From Eledone cirrhosa (taxonomy: Eukaryota), in assembly GCA_964016885.1 (NCBI GenBank), contig OZ024755.1:17670001-17734000 (forward strand): a stretch of DNA of 64,000 nt, read 5' to 3'. The position numbers were made by a program, and so were the translations under genes. Under the pieces are notes generated by a model. It searched no databases, was not told where the DNA came from, and saw nothing but the letters and a program-made list of their open reading frames with translations. Below, in pieces: positions 39,344 through 57,017 of this stretch (the first letter of the stretch is position 1; each line of letters starts with the position of its first letter).

Positions 39344-39983
39344 CGGCCCCTTGATTGTTGAGCTAATTCAGTTGAATAGGTTCAGCTGCTATTTCTGGCA
39401 GTCGATGGTCCTATTCACGCCACTGGGATGACGTTGGGCAATGTGTGTATTTTTAAAAAAATGCAATACGTGGTTAGAGTCATTCACAGATTTGCATTTG
39501 CTTTTGCTTTGTAAACGCAGATGGTTATCTTCTTCTCCTTTGGTGAACATCCAAGAATTTAACTGCTGTGATTTACGGATTAATAGGTGAAATATATTTC
39601 TTACTTAAAGAAATATATACAAAGGAGATTAATCATTTTAAAAGGTATCTATATTTGAAGTTCTAGTTAAACTTTAATTAGTTACCTACCTAGCTATGTG
39701 TGCTTACATTCTTTACAAATTATTCCCTGTGATTGTTTCATGTGTTTATTTTATATATATATGTCATTCTATTTCTAGTTTATATATATATATATGTCCC
39801 ACCCTTGCAAGCAGGGAAAAGCGGACGTAAAATGATGATGATGATATATAATTACAAAGATATCATTAAAAGCACCATAATCCTGATGAGTGGGAATAGC
39901 TTTTATTGTGTAAACACTGCTGTAAGCAGTCTTTGGTTCTTGTTGCACAATCAATCTAATTGATTATACCAGTGGAATTTGAA

Positions 39984-40044
<61 letters not shown>

Positions 40045-40293
40045 TCATCATCATCACCATTTTACGTCCATTCTTCCATGCCAGCATGGGTTAGACAGGT
40101 TGTCCTGTTGTGGCCAATGTCAGGTCGGGTGACCTTGTCTTGCTCATACGATATATATGTGTGTGTGTGTGTGTGTATTGTAATTTCATATTTCTAAAGA
40201 AATATGGTATGTTTATAGATAAACATTTAGAAAGCTGTAGCTATGCAAAAACACTGAAGGCTATCGCCACCTGGCGGTGTCCAGCAGAAGCAA

Positions 40294-40349
40294 AGGGGAC
40301 AATCATCGATGCATTTCGAACTGAACTGGCTCTCATCAGAACAAACCCT
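40294..40349 (-). ncRNA. Type I hammerhead ribozyme motif, intact core
   Basis: Minus strand reads AGGGTTTGTT-CTGATGA-GAGC(CAGTTCA)GTTC-GAAA-TGCA-TC-GATGATTGTCCCCT. Canonical G10.1-C11.1 pair, palindromic stem III ATGCAT, AUC triplet, wobble-rich stem I. Confidence 0.7.
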
Positions 40350-41159
40350 CCTGCTCTTGCAACTGCTGGACTTTCTATTATAAGTTGAGCCAACTTATAC
40401 GGCTTCATGTGCAAATGATTTTAATCACCTCATTGAGAGGGGGTAACTAATAGTCTTCCACATAAAGACCTTGCCCAGACAAATGAGGACCATGAGGGTA
40501 TGTGACCCTAAACTAAAGCTGATTTACCTTATAAGTATATCCAGCAGTGGAAGCAGGGCTGAAAAAACTCGTTGAACCCATACAAGTATGAAAAAATTGG
40601 ACATAAAATGTATTATGAAGGCTCATCATTTTGGTGATTATTCCTGGTTTTCTTGGCGCTAAGCAACTAAGAGAACAAGACTCCCCACCACCACCTGGAC
40701 AGGACACCAGTCTATCACAGGTTTAACTCTCCAACTAGTGTGGGTACTCTGGCATTCACTCATCTCAGCTGAGTGTCGAGGAGCAAAGTGAAAGAGTTTT
40801 GCTCAAGAACACAACACACCATCCTGTCCAGGAATCGAACCAATGACATTATGATAGTATGTCAGGCATCTTAACCATCAGGTTATATATCTAGTTATCT
40901 AGATATGCCTTTATGGTAAATAAAGAAATATATCTAGTTATCTAGAGTATTGTAATTGTGTGTTTATCTAAAATAGCAGTAAAACCTGTTCCAATGCCTG
41001 TTTATTTAGTAAAGACTAACAACTAGACTAACCAGTACAGTACAGTACAGATTATTTGTTGTACAGAACAAATACTTCTTCATATGAAAATATATTTAAT
41101 ATACATTGGCAAAGGTAGCTGTGTATAAAAATATGTATTTATCTTTAATGAGGTGGACA

Positions 41160-41268
41160 TGTGTGCATATACATACTTGTATGTATATGCATATATTTTC
41201 TTACTTACATGCATACATACATACATACATACATACATGCTTACATGCTTGCTTACATACATACATGC

Positions 41269-41299
<31 letters not shown>

Positions 41300-41412
41300 C
41301 ATACATACTTGCATACATACATAAATACATGCTTAGATGCTTGCATACATACATACATACATACATACATACATACATACTTGCATGCATAATTACATAC
41401 ATACATACTTGC

Positions 41413-41443
<31 letters not shown>

Positions 41444-41591
41444 CATACATACATACATGCTTAGATGCTTGCTTACATACATACATACATACATGCATAA
41501 TTACATACATACATACTTGCTTACATACATACATACATACATATATATAGATACATACTCACATACATGCTTATACACATTCATACAAACG

Positions 41592-41658
<67 letters not shown>

Positions 41659-43040
41659 ATAGAAAATGTAAGGGAGTGCCATTAGTGATAAATTTCAGCA
41701 ATTAAAACCTGATTTTTAAGTTGAGAAATATGTATTGTGTGTGCATGTGTGTATGCATGTCTCTGAAATATCTGTGTATGTGTCTGTCTATGTATGTGTA
41801 TGTATATCTATATGTATGTCTGTGTATGTGCTTGATTGTATGCATGTCTCTGTCGATATGTGTATGTGTGTATGTGTCTGTATGTGTCTGTCTATGTATG
41901 TGTATGTATATCTATATCTCTGTCTGTGTATGTGCTTGATTGTATGCATGTCTCTGTCGATATGTGTATGTGTCTATATGTGTATGTGTCTGTCTATGTA
42001 TGTGTATGTATATCTATATGTATGTCTGTGTATGTGCTTGATTGTATGCATGTCTCTGTCGATATGTGTATGTGTATGTGTCTATATGTGTATGTGTCTG
42101 TCTATGTATGTGTATGTATATCTATATGTATGTCTGTGTATGTGCTTGATTGTATGCATGTCTCTGTCGATATGTGTATGTGTATGTGTCTATATGTGTA
42201 TGTGTCTGTCTATGTATGTGTATGTATATCTATATGTCTGCCTGTGTATGTGCTTGATTGTATGCATGTCTCTGTCGATATGTGTATGTGTATGTGTCTA
42301 TATGTGTATGTGTCTGTCTATGTATGTGTATGTATATCTATATGTCTGCCTGTGTATGTGCTTGATTGTATGCATGTCTCTGTCGATATGTGTATGTGTA
42401 TGTGTCTGTATGTGTCTGTCTATGTATGTGTATGTATATCTATATGTCTGTCTGTGTGTGTGCTTGATTGTATGCATGTCTCTGTCGATATGTGTATGTG
42501 TGTATGTGTCTGTCTATGTATGTGTATGTATATTTATATGTCTGTCTGTGTGTGTGCTTGATTGTATGCATGTCTGTCTATATGTGTCTGTATATGTATG
42601 CGCCTGTATGTATCTATATATGTTTGCGTCTATATATGTATGCGTCTGTATGTATCTATGTCTGTATGCGTCTGTATGTATCTATGTCTGTATGTCTGTA
42701 TGTATGTGTCTGTATGTATCTATATATGTATGCGTCTGTATGTATATATGTCTGTATATGTATGCGTCTGTATGCATCTATGTATGTATGTGTCTGTATG
42801 TCTGTATATATGTATGCGTCTGAATGTATGTCTGTATGTGTCTGTATGTATCTATGTCTGTATGCATCTGTATGTCTGTATGTATGTGTCTGTATGTATC
42901 TATATATGTATGCGTCTGTATGTATGTATGTCTGTATGTATCTATGTCTGTATGCGTCTGTATGTGTCTGTATATGTCTGTATGTATCTATATATGTATG
43001 TGTCTGTATATGTATGTATGTATCTAAGTGTCTGTATATT
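41160..43040. repeat. (CATA)n, (CA)n and a TG-rich tandem repeat of about 100 bp (41780-42570)
   Basis: Marker GTGCTTGATTGTATGCATGTCTCTGTCGAT recurs about every 100 bp. Confidence 0.85.
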
Positions 43041-46000
43041 CCTCTGTTTGCTTCCACCTAGTTTCCACCACTGCTAATGAAGTATCTATATATATTGTCC
43101 ACTTTGGTTCTTTTTAGGCAAATGTTCAAGTTAGTACAACTACCATTCTTAGTTGTTCTCTTTTTTTGGGGAGGAGGCTTTTTTTTTCTTTCACTATATT
43201 ATAACATTTTCAACACCTACTTTGCTTATATACAGTTTTTGAGCTGAGCATTAGTTTCATTTTGTTAGTAACATTTTTAGTTTTAGTTTTAGCTGTTTTG
43301 TTTTTCTAATTTGTGTATATGTTACTGGTATATTGAAAATGAAAATGAAGAAAAAAATATTTCTAAATTAGACTTCTTATTTTTACATTATTATTACATG
43401 TTGTTACTGTCTTGTAGGCCCTCGGGTTAGTTCTGATCTAACTTTGGCTAATACATACATATACATACATACATATACATACATATACATACAAATACAT
43501 AGATTTAAACTGGAACAAGACAGAACAGAGATTACAGGGATAGCATAACATCATTATTTAGCAGATGAACTTGGCTAAGACAACAACAACAACAACAATA
43601 ACAACAACAAATGAATATAAAAGCTATTTGGTTAAATACATAGATAGAGATAGAATTTTTAGTCAAACATACAGAAAAAGAAAGCAACATTAGAAAGGAC
43701 TATAGATGGCGTAAATGAGAGGAAAATAAAGGAAAGGGAAGGACTATTAGGCAATGGAATAAAGAATACTGCCTCAAGAAGCCTCCTCCAACCCATGCCA
43801 GCATGAAAAAGTAGTCTTAGAAGGGGTGGTGGCAGTGGCAGCAACACAACCACTCTACAGTATGGACTGGCCGCATTTTGTTGTCTCACCAACATGACCA
43901 CATTACAGGGTGGACTGGGTGCATTTTGTTGTCTCACCAACATGACCACTTTACAGGGTGGACTGGGTGTTGTTTGTCATATCACCCACACGACCACCTA
44001 TATAGTGTTATCTGGGTGTTTTTGTCGTGTTATCATCACAACTACTATACAGGGTGGACTGGGTGCTTTTTGTCGTGTCACCAACATGACCACTTTACAA
44101 GTTGCTCTGGGTACTTTTTGTTGTGTCATCAACAGTTTGACATAATTGAAGATGTAACAATTTTGAAGGATTTAGTAGGAAGACACAACATCGATTTCTG
44201 GAATGAATAAAAGCATTTTAGAACATTTACCGCCTTATATTTTTTCCTTACATTCGTGTTCCAGGAATTCAAATTTCTAAATTACAATTTTAGAATGTTT
44301 TAACGTTAACCAATCATAGAGTTTGTGTGACAGGCAGCCAATAAGACTGTAGAGTTATTATAATATAAAATATATCTCATTCCTCCTTCCAACTGCATTT
44401 GTTGTTAGTGTGTGAATTAAATATTGCATGTGAGAAATGAAGTGACTGTTATTTGAACATTAGCTCAAAGGTCTTGAGGTCAAGTGTTTAGTTGTGTGTG
44501 TGTGTGTGAATTTGTAAGAGAGAGAGAGAGAAAGTGTGTGTGTCTGTGTGGGTTAACTGGTTAATCAGGAGACCTTCTGACATTTGCTGGTCCCCCTAGA
44601 CAGATGAGATCAGCATGATTGATTGCTCAACCTGAACAACTGTAGTTCAATGTTTGTAAGGTGGGTGAGGAAGGCCTAACACAAGATCCCAACCCTGGAC
44701 ACACTGTTTAACCCTTCTGACACTAAACTGCTCCATGGTCTTATGTTATGAAGCTGTTCATTTTAAAGTGTTTATATTTATCTAATAAGCTTCCATCATA
44801 ATTTTTGTAAGAACCTTTAAGTTATGTTGCGACCTGTAGATAGTATCAGCAATAAAAAGACCAAAGGAAATATTGATTTGACATGTCCCACTCAACTCAG
44901 TAAGCGAATGAGGTCTGGGATATCATTGATCGATCCCAATATCCTATATACTAAAGATTGACAGAACTCTTCAGTGTATCAAAGGCACAGCAGCCTCTCT
45001 AGTGTTGGAGACATGATAAAATTCATCCAGTACACTCTGTAAAGTGGTTGGTGATAGGAAGAGCATTCAGTCATAGAAAACCTGCCAAACTAAGGGGTTG
45101 GAAAGACCCTTCAATTGTGTCAAGGGCATTACAGTCTCCCTAATGCTGGTGATCTACACGATAAATGTGTCCAGTACACTCTGTAAAGTGTTTGGTGATA
45201 GGAAGAGCATCCAGCCATAGAAAGCTTGCCAAAACAAAGAGTTGGAAGGACCCGTCATTTGTGTCGAAGACAACATGGCAACCTCTCTCGTGCTGGTGTC
45301 ATGATAAAATGCACTTGGTAGAACTGTGGGAGTGTATGTAACCTAAGCAAGGTGTGAATCCCCACCCCCACCAACACCCACCCTCCTGGCCTGCCTGGGG
45401 AGGTCAGTAGCCTTGCTTTAGTACAGACTCATCTGTGAAACCCATCCAACCCTTGCTAGCAAGAAAAGTGGACGTTAAATGATGATGATGATGATGATGA
45501 TGATTGCACTGTTGGGGTTCCCTTTTTTAATGTTTGTCATATAGGCAGAATGTCTGGCTTGAGATGTCACAGTTAAGTATGGATTACATATTACACCTGA
45601 GTGTATAGAGGGGGAGGGGGAATGTGATGAAGGGTGGGGTGGTAGGGGGAAGGATGGGGAGGTGGGGAGAGAGAGACTGTATATGTGTGAGAGAGAGAGA
45701 GAGAGACTGTTTGTATGTGTGAGAGAGAGAGAGAGAAACTGTTTGTTTGTATGTGTGTGTATGAGAGAGACTGTATGTGTGAGAGAGAAACTATACATGT
45801 ACGAGAGAGAAACTGTTTGTATGTGTGTGTGTATGAGAGAGACTGTGTGTATACATGTGTGAGAAAGACTGTGTATATGTGTGTGTGAGAGAGAGAGAGA
45901 CTAGATACGCGTGTGAGAAAGACTCTGTTTGTGAGAGAGAGAGAGAGACTATATACGCGTGTGAGAAAGGCTGTGTGTGTGAGAGAGAGAGACTGTGTGT

Positions 46001-46487
46001 GTGAGAGAGAGAGAGAGACTATATGTGAGAAAGACTCTGTGTGAGAGAGAGAGACTGTATATGTGAGAGAGAGAGAGAGACTGTATATGTGAGAGAGAGA
46101 CTATATGTGTGAGAAAGACTGTGTGTGTTACTTCATTAATTCTGTCAATAATTGCTTTGTATAAATTAAAATTTAAAAAAATGAAAAATTCTCTCTTAGT
46201 TTAATCATAAGTGATTAAATAACTAGAAATAATTAACATTTGATTCTTGAGACTGGCAAAGGTGTACACAGGTGTCTTAGTAAATATCTAAAAATTCTTC
46301 ATTAATTGATTAATTAAAACACAGAGTACTTTATTAGAAATATTGTCTTGAAAAGATTAAGAGAAATATAAAACAGAAAGAATTTAGACCCATTAGTCAG
46401 CTAATGTGGCTTAGTGATTATAAAATTGAATTCACAATCATGAGGTTGTAAGTTCAATTCCCAGACCAAGCCAGGCGATGCTTTATG

Positions 46488-46912
46488 TCCTTTCTTCTAC
46501 CAGGAGTTATGACCAACAGATAGTATCAACAATGGAAATATGGTTTCCTTGGTCCAATCTTATGATAAGGTCCTTTCTTCTACCAGGAGTTGCAACCAAA
46601 GACAGTATCAGCAATGGAAACATGGTTTCCTTGGTCCAATCTTATGATCAGCTCCTTTCTTTTGCCAGGAGTTGTGACCAACAGATAGTATCAGCAATGG
46701 AAACATGGTTTCCTTGGTTCAATCTTATGATAAGGTCCTTTCTTCTACCAGGAGTTGTGACCAACAGACAGTATCAGCAATGAAAACATGGTTTCCTTGG
46801 TCCAATCTTATGATCAGCTCCTTTCTTTTGCCAGGAGTTGTGGCCAACAGATAGTATCAGCAATGGAAACATGGTTTACTTGGTTCAATCTTATGATCAG
46901 CTCCTTTCTTTT
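46488..46912. repeat. Tandem repeat of about 83 bp, five copies with alternating variants, SINE-derived
   Basis: CAGGAGTT at 46501, 46584, 46666, 46749 and 46832. Follows a tRNA-like SINE head at about 46407. A single-copy homologue lies inverted at about 23240-23315. Confidence 0.85.
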
Positions 46913-46971
46913 CATTCCCATTATTCTTTTCTCATTTTAGTAAATTATATTCTTTTCTCCTTCTTTTCCAG

Positions 46972-47179
46972 ACTCAACTACTTCTTAGCTGGAGGATTAC
47001 ACCCCTGGGGATTTCATATGGTGAATATTGTTCTTCATGGAATTGTGTCCATTCTGTTTTTAAAAGTGTTTTCTTGTGTATTTGGTGCTGCTTGTTATAC
47101 ACATGACAGCTTCCCTGCAGCAAAATCTTCTCTTTTGTGTGCAGTCATCTTTGCTATCCATCCAATTCATACTGAAAAT
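46972..47179 (+). CDS. TMTC4: TMTC4-like coding exon 2
   Basis: Polypyrimidine tract plus CCAG acceptor (AG 46970-46971). Completes codon AG|A (Arg) and encodes LNYFLAGGLHPWGFHMVNIVLH...IFAIHPIHTEN. GTAAGT donor at 47180 (phase 0). Confidence 0.93.
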
Positions 47180-48402
47180 GTAAGTTGTTGCCTCTTTAAT
47201 ATTTTTATTTTATTTATTTTGTTTTGTTTTTCCTTTGTGAGAGTTTGTTAGTTCTTTCTTTACTCTTTTCAAAGACATGAATACATACAACTCTCTACAA
47301 CTTTCTCTTTCTTCCTTTCTCATCCTTCTTTCTCACTCTCTCTTTCTTCGTTTCTCTGTTCCTCCATCTATCTTCCTTTCTGTCTCTCTTTCTTCCTTTC
47401 TCTGTTCCTCCATCTTTCTCCCTGCCCCTTTCCCCATGTCTTACAACACTCCCTACCTTCTCTCTCTCTCTCACACACATACACACACACACAACACAGA
47501 AATCAGCTGTGTTCCAACATCTAGAAAGAGATGGGCTCTGCCATGTCTAATTAAGATACAAAGTATGTCACAACAGCCCCCAGCCCCGATACCATCAGGA
47601 GTTAAGGCTCCATGAATGAATAGATGGATGAATGAATGTGTTTTAAAATGTTGTAGTAACATTGAAAGAAATAGAATGCTAAACAATGCAAAATGGACTG
47701 TAAGATGAGGTAACAAAAAGTAAGTTAGCTGGTAATCTTCATAATCATAATTATGTATCTATTTTTCTATTGGCAGTATCGGTAAAGGGTTGGATGCCAT
47801 GCTTTCTAGCATAGTTACGTCCCTTTACAATCTGAGCTCAAATCCCGCCGAGGTTAACTTTGCCTTTCATCCTTACGAGGTCGATAAAATAAAGTACCAG
47901 TAATGCACTGGGTAATTGCTGGCCTTGTGTCTAAAGTAGAAACAATTATTATCACGTACGGGGTCGATAAAAAAAAGTACCAGTAATGTACTGGGTAATT
48001 GCTGGCCTTGTGTCTAAAGTAGAAACAATTATGTATATATTTTTCCACACTTGCATGGGTTAGACTGGTTGTCACATTATGAGAGAAGTCAGGTCCAGGG
48101 ACCATGTCTTGCTCATACGGATCTGTATTTTGGTTTGGTTTCTATAGCTGGATGCCCTTTCTAATGCCAACAACTTACAGTGTGGACTGCGTGTGTTTTA
48201 TCATGACACCAAATATATATATATATATATATAATTATTTAATACAATAACAGAGAAAGCTTTAAGCTAAACTCTGACTGGTAACCATCTCACTCAACAA
48301 ACATTAGGGTATACGTTAGTATAATCCCAATTTTGTGTTTGGGGTGCTAACTATATGTATTTTGTGGAAAGCCAGTTGTATTATTTTATATGAGATATAA
48401 TT

Positions 48403-48433
<31 letters not shown>

Positions 48434-48435
48434 TA

Positions 48436-48721
48436 AAAAAATAATGAATAAAACAATGAAACAGTTCCTTATATTAAACAAAAAAAGTTCATTATTTAAC
48501 GATCGTTTCTAGGATATATATGTGTTAGAATTGGCATGCATATTCAACAGATCTATGTACAAAATTATACAAAATTATACAAACTTGTATAATTTTGTAC
48601 ATAGATCTGTTGAATATGCATGCCAATTCTAACACATATATATCCTAGAAACGATCGTTAAATAATGAACTTTTTTTGTTTAATATAAGGAACTGTTTCA
48701 TTGTTTTATTCATTATTTTTT
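48436..48721. repeat. Perfect 137-bp inverted repeat with a 12-nt spacer
   Basis: 48436-48572 is the reverse complement of 48585-48721. The spacer contains a duplicated AAAATTATAC. Begins at a (TA)n tract. Confidence 0.9.
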
Positions 48722-48863
48722 AAATATTTTATCTTGACTCTGTATTCCGTTTATCTTTCACCGAAAGTGATTTTTCATTGCATCTCTTCTTTCCATGATA
48801 TCCGGATTACATTGAGTTCTTCATACGGATTGGACACTACCGTAAACTCTTGGTAGATTTATC

Positions 48864-48904
<41 letters not shown>

Positions 48905-48909
<5 letters not shown>

Positions 48910-49028
48910 AAAAGAGTCAAGACCCCAACGGCTGAGCTCCGGCTGTTTCAACAACTAGATCCGATAGTTTGGATCTAGTTGTCAAGACGGCTGGAGCTCA
49001 GCCGTCGGGGTCTTGACTCTTTTCCTAT
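48905..49028. repeat. Imperfect palindrome of about 124 bp (family B cassette; partial copy at about 38540-38650)
   Basis: ATAGGAAAAGAGTCAAGACCCC...CAACTAGATCC / GGATCTAGTTG...GGGGTCTTGACTCTTTTCCTAT, followed by a tail shared with 38570-38650. (TA)n on both sides. Confidence 0.8.
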
Positions 49029-49102
49029 TACCCACTCTACTACCCTAAGTATTCAGTACTCTGGTGCGTTATGGTCCACCTGGTATCTTACCACACACTT
49101 TT

Positions 49103-49164
<62 letters not shown>

Positions 49165-49193
49165 AAAGAATAAAGGTGTAACACACAAGTTAT

Positions 49194-49303
49194 TATATAT
49201 TGGTAAACGGAATAGAAAATGCTGACAAATTGTTCACAGTTGAAAAATGGTTTAAACCATTTTTCAACTGTGAACAATTTGTCAGCATTTTCTATTCCGT
49301 TTA

Positions 49304-49313
<10 letters not shown>
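49194..49313. repeat. Perfect 120-bp spacerless palindrome
   Basis: Centre GGTTT|AAACC between 49253 and 49254. The arms match out to the (TA)n tract. Confidence 0.9.
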
Positions 49314-49342
<29 letters not shown>

Positions 49343-49433
49343 GAAGTATTTCCGTCCATTGCTTTGTAAAAGCTCAATGGAAGCAAGACTCATGTCTGTC
49401 TGTGTATGTATGTATGTCTGTATGTGCGCGTCC

Positions 49434-49473
<40 letters not shown>

Positions 49474-49521
49474 ATGAAATGACAGGAGGCTGGATTTGTG
49501 TAAATCCTTGAAAGGTTTATT

Positions 49522-49579
49522 ATACTTTGATCATTTCAATGACCGGGTTCCGTATGAATCCGGTGATATCATCAGGTAT
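49522..49579 (-). ncRNA. Degenerate hammerhead motif (U16.1 replaced by A)
   Basis: Minus strand reads ATAC-CTGATGA-TATCACCGGATTC(ATACG)GAACCCGGTCATT-GAAA-TGATCA-AA-GTAT. All elements present except the invariant U of NUH. Lies between (TA)n tracts. Confidence 0.5.
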
Positions 49580-49929
49580 TCGAAATATAATACGTGAATG
49601 TAATAGGTAAAATCCATGGGGCTGAAAATCGAGACCCGAGGGCGACCGCTATTCTGTTCCTTCAACCTCAGCCGGTCGCTATATATATATATATATATGT
49701 CTTCTTTAGTGCACACACATAGTAATATATTCATAAAATATATAATTGTCAGAATTAATAAAACACTATTTATCACTTGAATACGAAAAAATATTATAAA
49801 GTGTTATTTGTATTTTTAATCTAGCACATTTTTGGTTTTTCCTTGGATTTATTAAGATATATTGTTATCTTGATAATCCTCTTTCCCCCAGCCCCGTGAA
49901 GAATGAAAGCTCTAGATTCAAATTATAAC

Positions 49930-54242
<4,313 letters not shown>

Positions 54243-54764
54243 TACGAACAAGAGTATCATAGATAGATTTATGTTTATTTACACTCATTTACTCTCATAA
54301 ATGTTTCTCACATAAAATCTCCTTGACAGCATTGTCATTTAATTTCTGTTTCTGTCTGATGTCACATTCTGTCTGTTATTTCCATTAAGTCATCTGAGAC
54401 ACTCCTTAGTATTATTAACTTTTAACATAATAATAATTGTTTCTACTTTAGGCACAAGGCCAGCAATTACCCAGTGCATTACTGGTACTTTATTTTATCG
54501 ACCCCGTAAGGATGAAAGGCAAAGTCAACCTCGGCGGGATTTGAACTCAGATCATAAAGGGACGTAACTATGCTGGAAAGCATGGCTTCCGACTCTCTAC
54601 CGATACTGCCAATCCACCTTAATATAATAATAATAATAATAAATGAAATTATTGTGTACAGTGCTCAGGTGTACAACTCATCATATAAATAATTTAACAT
54701 AAAATATCTAAAAACATCAAAACCAGTTTCCTATCATTTAAAGGCTAAGATCTTCGATACTTAC

Positions 54765-55140
54765 ATCCTACAAGTTGTGTTATATGGTCATGACTGTGTT
54801 AATTGGAAGACAAGGTCACTTCAGAAGCTCTCTACATTCCAGAGCCACATCATGAGACTTATGACTGGCAAGTGGCTCAGCAACCGTATCTGATTAGTGA
54901 GCTGCTCAAAATTACCAGACTTAGACCAATTACATGAATTATCAAGTCAAGAGTACTCAAACTATATGGTCATATAAAAAGATCAACTCGTGGTGAGAGT
55001 AGGTTATGCCTGGAAGGAAGGTTGGCTGGTAAGAGAAGCAGAGGCCGGCAGCCAAACAATGGCTTGATAATGTCAACCTATGGACTGGACTTGATCTTTG
55101 CTCTTTAAACTCTGCTGTTGGATCAAACTTATTGATCAAA
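54765..55140 (+). mobile_element. Decayed RTE-clade LINE ORF C-terminal fragment
   Basis: Translates to LKLYGHIKRSTRGESRLCLEGRLAGKRSRGRQP..(frameshift)..WLDNV, the RTE C-terminal GH..R...G.R.RGR...W.D pattern. Confidence 0.6.
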
Positions 55141-56155
55141 CTTGCTCCTTGAGCAAGACACTTTATTTCATCTTGCTCCACTTTACTCAGCTGTATAAAT
55201 AAGTTGCGACATCACTCTGTTACTCTTATTTATAGATACCCCCACCCTACACAACGCCACCCCCAAAAAGAATAAAAGATTAAAAGGCAAAGTTGAACTT
55301 GGCAGAATTTGATCTCAGGAAATTTGAGCCAAGCTGAGTCCAGCATAAATACATATATAGTAACAATTTGTGCCACTTTTTATATCAATTTATATAAAAA
55401 ATCTAGCTGTCCTCAAAAACCCACAAAACACACAATTTGCAACACTTATTATTTCTAAAAGGATAAAGATCCCACCATTCCTTGTGGAGTTGTAGAGGCA
55501 ACATCATACGGCATGTCTAGGGCACTTTTAAACCTGGCAGAGACCAACCCTCTCCAGGTTTGAACACAGCTGATTTTTTCCATAGAGGAAGAATCAATCC
55601 CAGGACTGAACTGGTATTTTTTTATCGACCTTGAAAGGATGAAAGGCAAAGTTGAACTTGGCGGAATTTGATCTCAGGGAATTTGAGCCAAGCTGAGTCC
55701 AGCATAAATACCTATATACAATTTGTGCCACGGAGCGATTTGAACTCGGAGCACGCAATGAGGTGGGACGAATACCATAAAGCATTCTATCTGACGTCTT
55801 AATGACTAATGGTGATGATGATGATGGTGATGATAATTACTATTGTTATGATGATGATGATGATGATGCTGCTGCCAATGATGACGGTGATAATGATGGT
55901 GATCATTGGCAGTATCGGTAGAGGGTCGGACATGCTTTCCAGCATAGAGTTACGTCCCTTTATGATCTGAGTTCAAATCCCGCCGGGGTTAACTTTGTCT
56001 TTCATCCTTATGGGGTCGATAAAATAAAGTACCAGTAATGCACTGGGTAATTGCTGGCCTTGTGCCAAAAGTAGAAACAATTATATTTGATTATTTCCCA
56101 ATCAATATTAACAATACTAAGTATATTAACAATATCAACTATATTTCTATTACAG

Positions 56156-56243
56156 GTTGCTGGTATTGTGGGACGTGCCGACTTACTTTGTGCTTTACTT
56201 GTTACATTGTCTATATTATCTTACATCAAAGCATGTAATACAG
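56156..56243 (+). CDS. TMTC4: TMTC4-like coding exon 3
   Basis: TTACAG acceptor. Encodes VAGIVGRADLLCALLVTLSILSYIKACNT, continuing the HP.HTE.V.G.VGRAD TMTC motif. CAG|GTAGGT donor at 56244 (phase 1, 88 nt). Confidence 0.93.
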
Positions 56244-57017
56244 GTAGGTTATATACACACACTCACAGACACATAGGCACACACATTTCCATACACTCAC
56301 ACACCGATGCACACACACACACGCACACCGATGCACACACACACACACTGGCACAAACATTCACACTCACTCACATACACACACACTCACTCACATACAC
56401 ACTCACTCACTCACAAACACACTCACTCACTCACAAACACACTCACTCACTCACAAGCACACACACTCATATACACTCACTCACACACACACTTACGCAC
56501 TCACAAACACACTCACTCACTCACAAACACACACACTCACATACTCACATACTCACTCACAAACACGGGCACTCACTCACAAGCACACACACTCACAAAC
56601 ACATACACTCACTCACACACACACTCAGATACAATTACTCACAAACACACACACACACCTACTCACAAACACACACACACCTACTCACAAACACACACAC
56701 CTACTCACAAACACACACACTCACTCACTCACTCACTCACTCACAAACACACATACACACTCACTCACAAACACACAGTCACTCACAAACACACATACGC
56801 ACTCACTCACAAACACACATACGCACTCACTCGCAAACGCACATACACACTCACAAACACACATACTCACTCACACACACACACACACACACTCACTCAC
56901 ACACACACATACCCACTCACTCATAAACACACACTCTCTCTATCTCTCTCTCTCTCTCACACAAACATATACATACAATAAAACAATTATATAACAACTG
57001 TCATTATTGTGTAAATG

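Noticed and set aside
46838-46971. 5' extension of ORF 46838..47251, and intronic extensions of ORF 56087..56926
   Set aside because: Only the splice-bounded parts match TMTC motifs; the extensions are tandem repeat, pyrimidine tract or (CA)n read-through.
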